A stretch of 39,220 nt of DNA from Batkoa obscura. Taxonomy: Eukaryota. A program made the translations under genes and the position numbers. The stretch covers positions 1-39,220 of the forward strand of contig JASVEC010000159.1 of the NCBI GenBank assembly GCA_030770535.1. The letters run 5' to 3'. The notes beneath the pieces are model-generated. The model ran no database searches, was not told the DNA's origin, and saw nothing but the letters and a program-made list of their open reading frames with translations. Positions 10,754 through 21,018 of this stretch are shown here, one piece after another (the stretch's first letter is position 1; the number at the start of each line of letters is the position of its first letter).

Positions 10754-12830
10754 TTATTCTGAATCAATCCAACACTCTTGTAAAAAGTCCCAAGTGGTTA
10801 AAGGATGTGATAATGGAGTTGATGTGGAAGGTTTAGTGGTTGAAGCTAAAGACCCATTAACGCTAATACTTTTAGTTGAAGAAGGGGAAAGTACAGATCT
10901 ATCCTGGCTAGGTAAATGGATAGATAAAGAAGGAAAAGAGGAAGCTGAGGAAACGTCACTTGCAACAGAAGTGACGGTAGTATTTGAGAAATTAAAATGA
11001 TTATAAAACTCAAAGCCGCCAACTAAATTAAGTGAATTATCTAAATAATTTAAGAACGTTGTCAAGTTGCACTCTTCTAATTTACACCATGAAGTCGCTA
11101 ATTTCTTTCCATTATAAATCATTCTTAATTTAATTTGGTTTAATACATCTTCTTTATCTTTTATAGTCTTATTTTTCGCTACCCATAATTCAAATATTAA
11201 ATTTGAGGCATAAGGTGGCCAGCTAATTTTATGAAATTATTAATTTATATATAAATAAAACATACAAGCTTACTTCATATCATCCGAGTGTAAAGCACCC
11301 AAGATAGCAGCGATTGAGGTGTCATGAGCGGAATAATAAAAAAACTTCAAATCTGAATTGAATAAAGTCAAATGTTCCGCTTCAATAAATTTCAAATTAA
11401 AATAATTGCTGATTTTAATCAGTAAATTTCTCTTTAGTTCCATCAAAAAGCCTCCAATTCTTAATCTTGCTAATTGGGGATAAACTAATGGGTGATCGCG
11501 ATAAAATAATCGTACTTCACTATTACCATGGATCATCATTTTGTCAATCATTTCTTTAGTAACACATTCTGTTTGATTCTTAAGTTTATTTTTTTTACAT
11601 ACAGGTGGAAATTGATGACATTGTCTTGCTTGAAAAATATCAACGTAATAGTCAATAGCATCGCTGTGATCTCCAAGTCTAGGCCCTCCAATGATGTCTT
11701 CGATCTTTTTACGTTCAATTTCAAGACTTGCTAAAAATTGCTTATACAGTTTACTATGCTTTAGCTCAAGTTCTAATTTTTTCAATAATGGACACATCTT
11801 TTGTAATGGTAATAAAGTTTCTAATTCCATTGGCATTACATTTATTTCAAATTTATTTGCTTGTTCATACATTCCACTTAATAGCGCATTTGCCGATTGA
11901 TGAGTACGCCAAATATTAGTTGATCTTAATACTAATTTAGATTCATCTGACTTAAAGTCGCCACTTAAAAACTTCAATTTTTTAACGTAAATATCATTGA
12001 TCCTTTTTCCAACGTTATTTAATTGCATCATTCCTTTCTCTGTCAACTGTCCATCTGTACAATTACCTGGCCAATAAAAAGATTGAAATGGGTTATTGAA
12101 ACAATAATTGTTAGTTGAGCATCCTTCTGGTACAAATTTCATTTCCCTTTCAATAAATTTCACATCATTATTAGGATTTATTATTTTATTGTTTTCTCCT
12201 AAACAATTCCATGGATCTTTTTCTAACCCCAATGGTAAAAATTTTGTCGGTGTTCTATCCCCGTGACGTGTAACAATATGTAATGCAATTAATTCATGAT
12301 CGTTCTAATGAAAAAGCATAAAAAAATGAACTAGAATAACAATAATAATAACTTACAATTGAAGAGTAACTGTTTTCGTTCAAAGTATTCGCTTCACAGT
12401 AAGAGTAATCTTCAATTTTATCTTCACTCAATACAAAATGCTCTGAATTTATTTTATTCTCATTCTCTTCTTTAGTTTCTTTTTTGGTTTCTTTTTCTTT
12501 TTTATTATCGTTTGATTCTGTTGTTGTGGCTGCTGTATCAGCTGTAGTTGAAGTGTTACTGTTATTTTCTTGACTTATTTGCTTATCACGGTTTACATCA
12601 TCTGATTTGGAGAACTCTTTCTCATCACCAAAAATGTCTTGTTCTTTGATAATGGTTTCAATATTTAAAGGAGAGATTATTTTCTCTTTATTACTAGTAG
12701 TAACACTGCTCTCTAGTTTATTTTTATTCGCTTCTATTGGTATGCCAGTTATAATTAACACAACACTTATAAGTATTATTACAGTAAATATTATACTCAA
12801 TTGCCGATTGCTAAGTTGAATTAGGGTCAT
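10754..12830 (-). CDS. Histidine acid phosphatase (branch 2) with N-terminal membrane anchor, 3 exons, ~657 aa
   Basis: Exons 12830-12357, 12304-11274, 11222-10754 splice in frame; RHGDRTP, RST..RT.QSA, SAHDT and WPPYASNLIFELW motifs. Confidence 0.92.
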
Positions 12831-13239
12831 TATATTATTCTCTACTTACTACTTTTTCTAAACTTAATAAATTAAAAAACAAGAGACACTTTTATAAACT
12901 TTTGGTATTTATTATGAAATGAATGGGGTAATGAATAATAAACTTAAATATCAGCCAATAATGCGGCGTTCCTTAAATTAATTTTTCTTTCTCCATCATT
13001 CTTGATTTTTTTATATTAGTAATTTAATACAGATATTATGGACTAAATAAAATTCATAAGCTACCATTTGAGTTTGTAACTTATTTTATTTTATTTTAAA
13101 TTGTTTTATATCCTTTACAAAAAAAGTTATTAAAAAACGTTTATTAGTTATTCCAAGCTACTATTGATCAACGCAATTATTTTTTGCAAAATAAAAAAGC
13201 CTTCTTTTTACAATTAATATTCTTTTGTTTAAAAAAGTT

Positions 13240-13546
13240 ATGAAGTCTAGTATACCGCTTACAAGTACATCCCGTAAAAATATAAGTAAGCTAGCCCAAG
13301 CATCAGTACAATGCTCAGAAGCAGTAAGTACTATTTTAGAAGTCTAAATAGTTTTATCAATAAGCATTCATTTTTAGGCTCTAATCTATGGAAATTGCGT
13401 AAACAGAAATTTTTATGAAGTAAGCAAAGGGATATGTAGTAAAGAGTTTGAGCAGTTTAAACTTTGTGTTCAGAACCAAGTAAATAATATAGGTTATCTT
13501 CTAAATAATCTCTTAATTTTATTTTTAGTTAAAAAGAAAATGGTAA
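13240..13546 (+). CDS. NDUFAF8: Twin CX9C protein resembling complex I assembly factor NDUFAF8, 3 exons, 67 aa; absent from ORF track
   Basis: Exons 13240-13323, 13378-13479, 13529-13546 give ...KLAQASVQCSEAALIYGNCVNRNFYEVSKGICSKEFEQFKLCVQNQLKRKW. Confidence 0.82.
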
Positions 13547-13637
13547 CTTATAAAATGTTCAGAAATAAAACAAATTACATCTTATACTTGATTCCCAATT
13601 TGTGAAATTTATTATTTGCTTCTATTAATGAAAAAAA

Positions 13638-13808
13638 CTATACTTTACCAATGAGTTGTAGAGCCCAATTTTTCTTAGTAACTAAAGTGAGTACTGCACA
13701 AGTAGCTAAAAACCCAACTAATTTTAAAAATGCTGATTTTGAAATTTCACTCTCTTCTTCTGGAGTACGAAACCTTGAATAAATGCTCCTCAAATTTAAT
13801 ACTACCAT
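13638..13808 (-). CDS. 56-aa single-TM microprotein, tentatively TOM5-like; absent from ORF track
   Basis: MVVLNLRSIYSRFRTPEEESEISKSAFLKLVGFLATCAVLTLVTKKNWALQLIGKV; ATG preceded by A-rich sequence; coding-like GC content. Confidence 0.65.
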   Translation of the reverse strand: MVVLNLRSIYSRFRTPEEESEISKSAFLKLVGFLATCAVLTLVTKKNWALQLIGKV

Positions 13809-13970
13809 CCTTTTTTAGTTATCGCTTTTATGTTCTTATGTTTCTGGGCTGATTGAATTGTTTAAACAAAAAAGTTTATAATTTTATTATTTTAGTGTCT
13901 ATTTTTCAACTTGGGTTTGTGCTATTAAAAATTTTTCACTAAGAATTTTGTGTAAAGCTAACTAAGATAT

Positions 13971-13992
13971 GGGGCTGTCCTAATTGGTTTCA
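13971..13992 (+). repeat. Left TIR of transposon
   Basis: GGGGCTGTCCTAATTGGTTTCA. Confidence 0.85.
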
Positions 13993-14280
13993 GAATCTAC
14001 TTAGAAATTAATCCAAATTTAAAATTCCAAGTTTGTGTTCAATATAACGGTTAAATCTAAAAAGCCTAAAATTAAATGTCTCTATTTAAAACTTATTTTA
14101 ATTGTTTCCTTTTCTTAAATAGCTAATTTTCCTAACTATATATTTTATGTTAGTTCTGTTAGATATTTAACAGATATATAATATATAACTATATGATTAT
14201 ATAATTATATAAATACATAATTATATAAACACAGTTATTTGACTTTATTTGACTTTATTTTTTGTTGAAATAAAAATAAA

Positions 14281-15984
14281 ATGCAAACTTTCATAACTAA
14301 ACTTCGAAATGGAATTTTTGAAAACTTCAATACAATAGGGAGGAGTACACAATATAAACATTGTAATTCATTTACATCAATTTTAAGAGCTACTTATAAC
14401 AACCCAAGGTTCATGGAATTTTATAATAAAACAAAACAAAGAAAAGATATATTATCAAAGTTTACTATCGATAATAATAAACTTAATCAAGTAATGTATA
14501 AAATTAGTGCTTTAAGGGAAACAGGAAACAAAAGTCAGCAAGTAGCGTTATTATCAACTATAGCTTCAGTATATTCTTTTGATGAATGTAAGAGTTTTGG
14601 GTTTAATATAAATAGAAATCAATATGATTATTCAAAAACAAGTAATAATAATAAAATATCAACATTAAAACCTATTATTAAAAATACAAAAAAAATTAAA
14701 GATGACCAAATTGAAACTATCATACAATATTTACTAAATGATTCAACTATTTCATCAAGATTTAATAAAAAAAATAACGATAGTAAATATTCATCAGATA
14801 ATATATATATATTAAATAAAAGTAGAAGAATGATATATAGTAAATATTTGAATGATCTAAGAGATAAAGCAGTAGCCAGGTCAACGTTCTTTAAATATAT
14901 ACCAACTAATTTCAAAAATCCAGCAAGAAAAACGGATCTATGTAATATATGTACCCAGTATACAGTTAGAAAAAAGTTATTTGAAAATAAAATAAATACA
15001 GCAAAAAACAAAGCAGAGATAGAAGAAATTTTCAACGAAGAAGAAAAATTATACAAATTACATAAATTCTGTGTTGATACTCAAAAAAACACATTTAATG
15101 AAACTATCAAAAAATTAAATAACAAAAGTTGTATAATAGTTTTAGATTTTAAACAAAATATGGAAATAGGGACAAGACCAGATTCAATAAATTTAGATCA
15201 TTATAATAAACAAGCTATATCAGTATTAGGCTTTGGTGTATTATATTTAAAAGATGATAAAACAATAGGCAAAGTTTACTTTGATTATTTATCTGAAATA
15301 TTGAATCATGATTCAGCATATGCAGGAGATTGTTTAATCGATTTAATCTCTACAGAGCTTCTATTTAAAAAGTTTACAAAAATTAATATATGGGCAGATA
15401 CAGGAAATCATTTTAGATCCCAAGAGTTCTTACATTATATGTTTAAAGAAATTCATAAAATAAATAGTAGTTTGAATGTTAATCTTAATTTTTTTGCTGA
15501 GCATCATGGAAAAAGTATAGTTGATGGACATTTTGGAAACCTTTCAAAATGGAAAAGTAGTTTTGAAGCGTTAGGTAAAATAGAAGATATCGATCAATTA
15601 ATTTCAAGATTTGAGGCTTTTATTTGTGAGCATAATAAAATTAATAACTCGACTGTTAATAATGGGAAAACAGATATAATTTTTAAAAAGTATAAAAGAA
15701 ACAAAAATACAAAAAGAATAATAGAGATGCAGGGCATTAAGAAGTATTTACATTTTATTAAACATAACAATAAACTACATTGTTATCCAGTATCTGATAC
15801 ATCAAAAAAAAGCGATATAGTCCCAATTAAAGTTATAGAGTCTATAGAAAACAGAAAAATTAAAAGATCGATCCCAGCTTACCTTACGAAGATAACAGAG
15901 AATTTGAAAATTTCGATATTTACTAAGCAAGTAAGTAGTTTGTTGAATGATAGAAATAGATTGTTAAATGTTAGGATTACTTAA
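14281..15984 (+). CDS. DDD-type transposase (Sola-like), 567 aa, uninterrupted
   Basis: IIVLDFKQN (D289), IWADTGNHF (D373), FFAEHHGKSIVDGHFG (D415): D-x83-D-x41-D; upstream TDLCNIC...H putative Zn motif. Confidence 0.85.
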   Translation: MQTFITKLRNGIFENFNTIGRSTQYKHCNSFTSILRATYNNPRFMEFYNKTKQRKDILSKFTIDNNKLNQVMYKISALRETGNKSQQVALLSTIASVYSFDECKSFGFNINRNQYDYSKTSNNNKISTLKPIIKNTKKIKDDQIETIIQYLLNDSTISSRFNKKNNDSKYSSDNIYILNKSRRMIYSKYLNDLRDKAVARSTFFKYIPTNFKNPARKTDLCNICTQYTVRKKLFENKINTAKNKAEIEEIFNEEEKLYKLHKFCVDTQKNTFNETIKKLNNKSCIIVLDFKQNMEIGTRPDSINLDHYNKQAISVLGFGVLYLKDDKTIGKVYFDYLSEILNHDSAYAGDCLIDLISTELLFKKFTKINIWADTGNHFRSQEFLHYMFKEIHKINSSLNVNLNFFAEHHGKSIVDGHFGNLSKWKSSFEALGKIEDIDQLISRFEAFICEHNKINNSTVNNGKTDIIFKKYKRNKNTKRIIEMQGIKKYLHFIKHNNKLHCYPVSDTSKKSDIVPIKVIESIENRKIKRSIPAYLTKITENLKISIFTKQVSSLLNDRNRLLNVRIT

Positions 15985-16412
15985 GTTATTAATAGCTAAG
16001 TTAATAAATAGTCAAAGAACAAGTAACTGTAATAATATGTAAAAACTATTATTACTTGTACTATATAGGGATGGTCAATTATAGTTTTGGGGCTGACCAC
16101 TCCCTCCCATGCAGCTATTTATTAACTTGGCAATATATTAATAATGTAATTATAACATTAAAGTAGTTTATTTATTTGATAATAAATCTACGATGTTGGT
16201 TATAAAGCAGTTGATAATAAATATTTCTCAATTAAGCTTTATAAGAACATGTATTTAAGATCTAGTAGAAATTCAACTAACTTACAGTATGAGCTATAAT
16301 ATAATGGTTTAGAACTGTGTTTGGGTACTTTTGTTTTAATAAAAGATGTGATTTTATAGAATTTTAAGCGAAGTTTTTAAAATACAAATTTTTTTAAAAT
16401 TGGATAAAATAA

Positions 16413-16434
16413 TGAAACTAATTCAGACAACCCC
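16413..16434 (-). repeat. Right TIR of transposon
   Basis: TGAAACTAATTCAGACAACCCC. Confidence 0.85.
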
Positions 16435-16762
16435 AAATGTTATATATTAAATCGACCTTGACTACAAAAAATTAATTCTTGAATAAACGTTATGATCATT
16501 TAGTAAATACAGATTAAAGATTTGAAACTAGACTTTTATAAAGTAAATCAGAAGGATTCAAGTAATAATATTTTCTAATAATCTTATCTTAATTGAAATA
16601 AAACCAAGTGAATTAGTACAATATTAATGTAAGATTCAATTTTAAGATTAATTTTAATAAAGGTAGAAAATACTATAAGCCTGAAGATCAAAAATAAAAC
16701 AAGATAAAAAAATATTAAGTTAAACTTTATTAAATTCATAAATTGTTATACTTTTAGTATAT

Positions 16763-18514
16763 TTAGAGTATTTTTAACGATTCTGTAATAATGCCAATTA
16801 GTGCTAAGTTAAACTTACATATCCTTGCAGAAAGTGGTGATTTTTGTAAAAATTCTAATAAGTCCTTCCCTTTTTGAATATACATTATAGTTTCAACTTC
16901 CTTTCCTCCATATCGTATCAACAGAACTAGACAAGTAGATAAAATTGCATAATCAAGGCCAAGAGTATATTTATGTGAGGTTTTAGCGATACTATCAATT
17001 ACAAGATAATATTCTTTAGTTATAATCTTAATATGATTTAGTACGTTTGTATTAATATTATTATCAAACATATATTCCTCGTATTCATAAACTTTTTTTT
17101 CTTTAGATGCATTGAATCGGATTGAATGTATATAAAAGTTAGTATGATGATAAAAATAGTTAATGCAATTTTGATAATCCTTAATAGTTGACTTAGATTT
17201 TTCATTTTTGATTTTTACCAAAATATTATTCATAACCCTGGTATACGTTTCTTTAACCACAAGTATTTTAAATAAGAGCTTTTTTAGAACACTATTAAAT
17301 TTCACATAGTCTTCAATTTCCTTTATGTTTGCCCCTTTAATTAAATGTAAGTCGAAAAAAAGCGTGCTTATAATATAATAAAATTCATGCAATTTAAAGA
17401 AACAATATTGTTGTATATTCTTGTCATCTTTGTCAAAATCAAAAGCATAATGAGAAAATTTACTCTTAAAATGGTTATCCAACCTATTCATCTGCAGTGG
17501 AAATACAGGTTCAGCGATATAAGATCCAAGGTTTAATATGAATCCATTATAATATACACTTAATAGACAGTAAGTGTAAATTCGTTCAGCATTGGTCTCT
17601 TTAAAAAATTTCTTTGACGATTGGCTTAATCCTATCACAAATGACATTCTATAGCAATGAAACAAAAGGAATTCTCTAATATTGGCAATCCATTCAAATT
17701 TAGTAAAGCTAGTCACTAATATTAGTATTATTTGTATATTCTCTAAATTAGGTTTAATTCTAGGGACATTCGAAACAAAATTATAAAGCTTTTCTTCAAA
17801 ATACTTAACCAAATTCTTTACAGTTTCCGTTTGATCCATATAAAAAAGACCACCCACAAATATTGTCGATTTTAAATGGAAAGAACGTGAAGTAAAATCA
17901 AATCTTGTCTCATCGAATAAGGGACATTCCACATTAACAAATTTAAAGTAATTAGTTACAGCTTGTTTTAAAATTGGTCCAATATCAAAAGTGCTTTTGT
18001 TTGGTACTTCAGGTATAAAAGCCAATCTCCTAGTTTTGGATGCTAACAAGCCTAACTTATTTGTTAATATCATGAAAAGATTTAAACCTTTACTAGGAAA
18101 AAATGGAGAAGGATTTTGAATAAAAATTAACAGATTCTCTAATAACGATTTTCTTTCAAACTTGTTAAAAATTCCAAGAATACTGTGTGAAAAATTGTAA
18201 TCTTTTGGCAATTTTAGTAGTTGATATTTGATTTCTTTAGATTGAGGTTGTTTTAAATTACGTTTTCCTTTTGCATGAATACAATCAACTATTGAAGTGG
18301 CTTTAGATATTGTTTTAACAATTTTCCTTCCTGATGCATATTCAATATTTGCTTTTTTATTGTATATAATTTCCCTATTTAAAGTACATTCTATATCTTT
18401 CTTTATACACATTGTGCATTTTGGTAGCAACCTATCACACTTGAGATGTCTTTTAACACATTGATCACATCTATGCCCTCTTTTACTTGAATCTAAACTA
18501 TTTTGTTGTTTCAT
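16763..18514 (-). CDS. Zn2Cys6 transcription factor, paralogue 2 (583 aa from ATG 18514)
   Basis: CDQCVKRHLKCDRLLPKCTMCIKKDIEC; long near-identical blocks with paralogue 1 (QLLKLPKDY, KSLLENLL.FIQNPSP, PLFDETRFDFTSRSF). Confidence 0.9.
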   Translation of the reverse strand: MKQQNSLDSSKRGHRCDQCVKRHLKCDRLLPKCTMCIKKDIECTLNREIIYNKKANIEYASGRKIVKTISKATSIVDCIHAKGKRNLKQPQSKEIKYQLLKLPKDYNFSHSILGIFNKFERKSLLENLLIFIQNPSPFFPSKGLNLFMILTNKLGLLASKTRRLAFIPEVPNKSTFDIGPILKQAVTNYFKFVNVECPLFDETRFDFTSRSFHLKSTIFVGGLFYMDQTETVKNLVKYFEEKLYNFVSNVPRIKPNLENIQIILILVTSFTKFEWIANIREFLLFHCYRMSFVIGLSQSSKKFFKETNAERIYTYCLLSVYYNGFILNLGSYIAEPVFPLQMNRLDNHFKSKFSHYAFDFDKDDKNIQQYCFFKLHEFYYIISTLFFDLHLIKGANIKEIEDYVKFNSVLKKLLFKILVVKETYTRVMNNILVKIKNEKSKSTIKDYQNCINYFYHHTNFYIHSIRFNASKEKKVYEYEEYMFDNNINTNVLNHIKIITKEYYLVIDSIAKTSHKYTLGLDYAILSTCLVLLIRYGGKEVETIMYIQKGKDLLEFLQKSPLSARICKFNLALIGIITESLKIL

Positions 18515-18674
18515 AAGCCTAAAAACATGCAAGACCAAAATAATATACTATATAGCATGTATATAACTTGAATAAATCCTATTTGCTACGCAATTATAAA
18601 AATGAAACTTTGGTTACAAAAAAAGTTAAATTATAATTAGTCACTATAAAATTTAGCCAATTAAATAAACATAC

Positions 18675-18765
18675 GGGGATGTTTTGGTTTTATTACTTTT
18701 TGTTTTTTAAGCACTATTTGAGTGGAAAAATTGCTAGTAAAATTCTAAACAAAAAGTACATCCCC
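18675..18765. mobile_element. MITE (91 bp)
   Basis: GGGGATGT...ACATCCCC perfect 8-bp TIR; flanks ATAC/ATAT. Confidence 0.9.
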
Positions 18766-19111
18766 ATATTTATTAAAGCGATTATTATTTAAAATCTATA
18801 TGGAACATGTACAAATATTTCATAAATGTTTCGTTTTTGTAAGTAAAATATATTATTTAACAGGATAGTTTATATTTTATTTAGAGCATTGCATTATACA
18901 AAAAGCATTAAAACTTCGTTTGAATATGTTATAAAAGCTACACCTATAAAAAATGATCATCATACATCTACATGAGTTTTTGTATTGATTGACATAATTC
19001 ATACGAAGTGTTATTTAATTAAATACTTAAATTTAACTCTTAAAAAATAAACTACATTTCAGAAAGTTAATTATAAAGTAACAATATTTGACATCTATTT
19101 ATTATGGAAAG

Positions 19112-20839
19112 TTATTTCTTTAAATCATTAGATATAGTTCCATATAAGTTTAAATTAAGCTTGCTTATAGTTGCACTACAAGGAAATGTGGATAAATATT
19201 GGAGTAACTTTAATCCTTTCTGGAGTTTTATTTTACATTGCTCATTGCTTCCACCATATCTTAGCATAAAAACCAAGCAAATAGAGATTTGAGAACAGTC
19301 TAAAGTAAGTACGTATTTATGTGAAAGTAAATATGCAAAATCAATTATTGAATAACATTCTGAAAGAGTAAGCTTAGCATAATCTTTTCCATTCCAAGGT
19401 TCCATTATCACTATATTTTTATCCTTCTTTTCAATATGATTCCTATATTTTGGAAAATAAAATTGAAATGAATAAACGAAAAAGCGTATATAGTGATAGA
19501 AGAAATTAACACAATTTTGAAGGTCTTTAGCCATTTCATATAAACTCGATTTCTTTGTAAATAAGAAGATGTTGCCAAAAAAATCTATATACTTGACTCT
19601 TACTTTCGTTATTGAGCTTATTATCTTAAATGAACTTGATGCAAGCTCAACCTCAGTTATTGCCTGCTTCATACATCTTTCTTTTAATAAGCGAAGTGGG
19701 AATAAAATAAAACATAGTTCATTATAAAATTGGATTAATTTTAGAGAGTAATATCTTTTAATTTCTAAATCATCAAATGGATACTTAGTGTGTCCACTAA
19801 ATACTTTTAGTTTGTATTCTTTTTCCAAATTTAGTAGTTCTATAGCAATATTAGGTAGTGTAACAAAAGATCCAAAAACCATTAATGCTCCACAATAAAA
19901 AACACTTAATAAACAGTATGCAAAACTGCGCTCAATTTTACATTTTTGCTTTAAAAATTTTGGATTTGAATGTAATGACAGTATAGATGAAATCCTGTAG
20001 CAATGATCAATAAATGAAACATAAAGGCTACATACCCATGAAAATGATGTTAAGCTTGTAACTGTAATTAGTAACACTTGTATATTCTCTAAAGTTGGGT
20101 TGATTCGATAAACTATATGTAAATACTCAAATAACTTTCCCTCGAAATACTTTGATAAATTTTGTACAGTTTTTGTTTGTTCCATCCACACAAGTCCACA
20201 TGATAAAATAGCTAATTTCAAATAAAAAGGACATTGTGAAAAATTAAATTCTTCCTCAATAAACAATGGAAAAAAGGTATTGTTGTACTTAAAATAATTT
20301 GCTATTGCTTCCTTTAGGATTGGAGCTATATCTACTTTAGCTTCTCTTGGCACTTCCAAAGGTATCTTTTTAAGCTTCGGCCTTCGAACATGAGCTTGTA
20401 ATTTTTCTGCAAGGTTAACAAATATTGAAATGTCTATGCTACGCGTAAATGGAGAAGGGTTCTGGGTCAAAGTCATTAAATTTTCCAAAGAACTTTTCCT
20501 AGTAAACCTATGAAATATCGCTAAAACTGGGTATAGAGACGTGTGATCTTTTGGATGCTTTAAAATTTTTATTACTTTATTGGTAATAAACTTTTGAGAT
20601 GTAGTTTGAATCAAGTCGCTATTGTATTTGATAGAATATACTATACTTTCAATTTTGTTATTCCCTTTTGATCTTGAAAACTTTTCTGTTGTAAAATCTT
20701 TCTTCCTATTATAAATTATTACTCGATTTAATGTACAATCCTCTTTACGCCTAGTACAAGTCGTACATTTGGGAGTTAGCTTGTCACATTTTACATGTCT
20801 TTTTGTACATTGATCGCACCGATAAGCTCTTTTTTCCAT
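19112..20839 (-). CDS. Zn2Cys6 transcription factor, paralogue 3 (most divergent)
   Basis: CDQCTKRHVKCDKLTPKCTTCTRRKEDC; shares RKS.LENL...QNPSP, P.LENIQ and HKY.LTLD blocks. Confidence 0.9.
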   Translation of the reverse strand: MEKRAYRCDQCTKRHVKCDKLTPKCTTCTRRKEDCTLNRVIIYNRKKDFTTEKFSRSKGNNKIESIVYSIKYNSDLIQTTSQKFITNKVIKILKHPKDHTSLYPVLAIFHRFTRKSSLENLMTLTQNPSPFTRSIDISIFVNLAEKLQAHVRRPKLKKIPLEVPREAKVDIAPILKEAIANYFKYNNTFFPLFIEEEFNFSQCPFYLKLAILSCGLVWMEQTKTVQNLSKYFEGKLFEYLHIVYRINPTLENIQVLLITVTSLTSFSWVCSLYVSFIDHCYRISSILSLHSNPKFLKQKCKIERSFAYCLLSVFYCGALMVFGSFVTLPNIAIELLNLEKEYKLKVFSGHTKYPFDDLEIKRYYSLKLIQFYNELCFILFPLRLLKERCMKQAITEVELASSSFKIISSITKVRVKYIDFFGNIFLFTKKSSLYEMAKDLQNCVNFFYHYIRFFVYSFQFYFPKYRNHIEKKDKNIVIMEPWNGKDYAKLTLSECYSIIDFAYLLSHKYVLTLDCSQISICLVFMLRYGGSNEQCKIKLQKGLKLLQYLSTFPCSATISKLNLNLYGTISNDLKK

Positions 20840-20922
20840 GTTGCATCTAATTAGGTAAGTGCTTAATTTGCAAAAAAGAAAAATTTATTTTTGAATTTGC
20901 TTACTATATGTCAATAATATTT

Positions 20923-21018
20923 AGGAGTGTTTTTTGACTTCATTATCTTTTTCATTTTTAAGCGCTATTTAAGCGGAAAAATTGTTATTAAAATTCTTAA
21001 ACATAAAAATACATCCCC
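20923..21018. mobile_element. ~97-bp MITE
   Basis: AGGAGTGT...ACATCCCC; flanks ATTT/ATTC. Confidence 0.9.

Larger units (their letters stand above)
13971..16434 (+). mobile_element. Full-length DNA transposon (2464 bp), Sola-like DDD family
   Basis: Imperfect 22-bp TIRs GGGGCTGTCCTAATTGGTTTCA vs revcomp GGGGTTGTCTGAATTAGTTTCA (18/22); flanks ATAT/AAAT; single central transposase ORF. Confidence 0.85.

Noticed and set aside
10091..12819. Short ORFs 10091-10279, 10794-11000, 11528-11734, 11691-11900, 11728-11919, 12607-12819
   Set aside because: Antisense shadows of the TF and phosphatase exons.
14628..15056. 142-aa hydrophobic ORF inside the transposon
   Set aside because: Antisense shadow of Lys/Asn-rich transposase codons.
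19104..19292. 62-aa plus-strand ORF
   Set aside because: Antisense to Zn2Cys6 paralogue 3.
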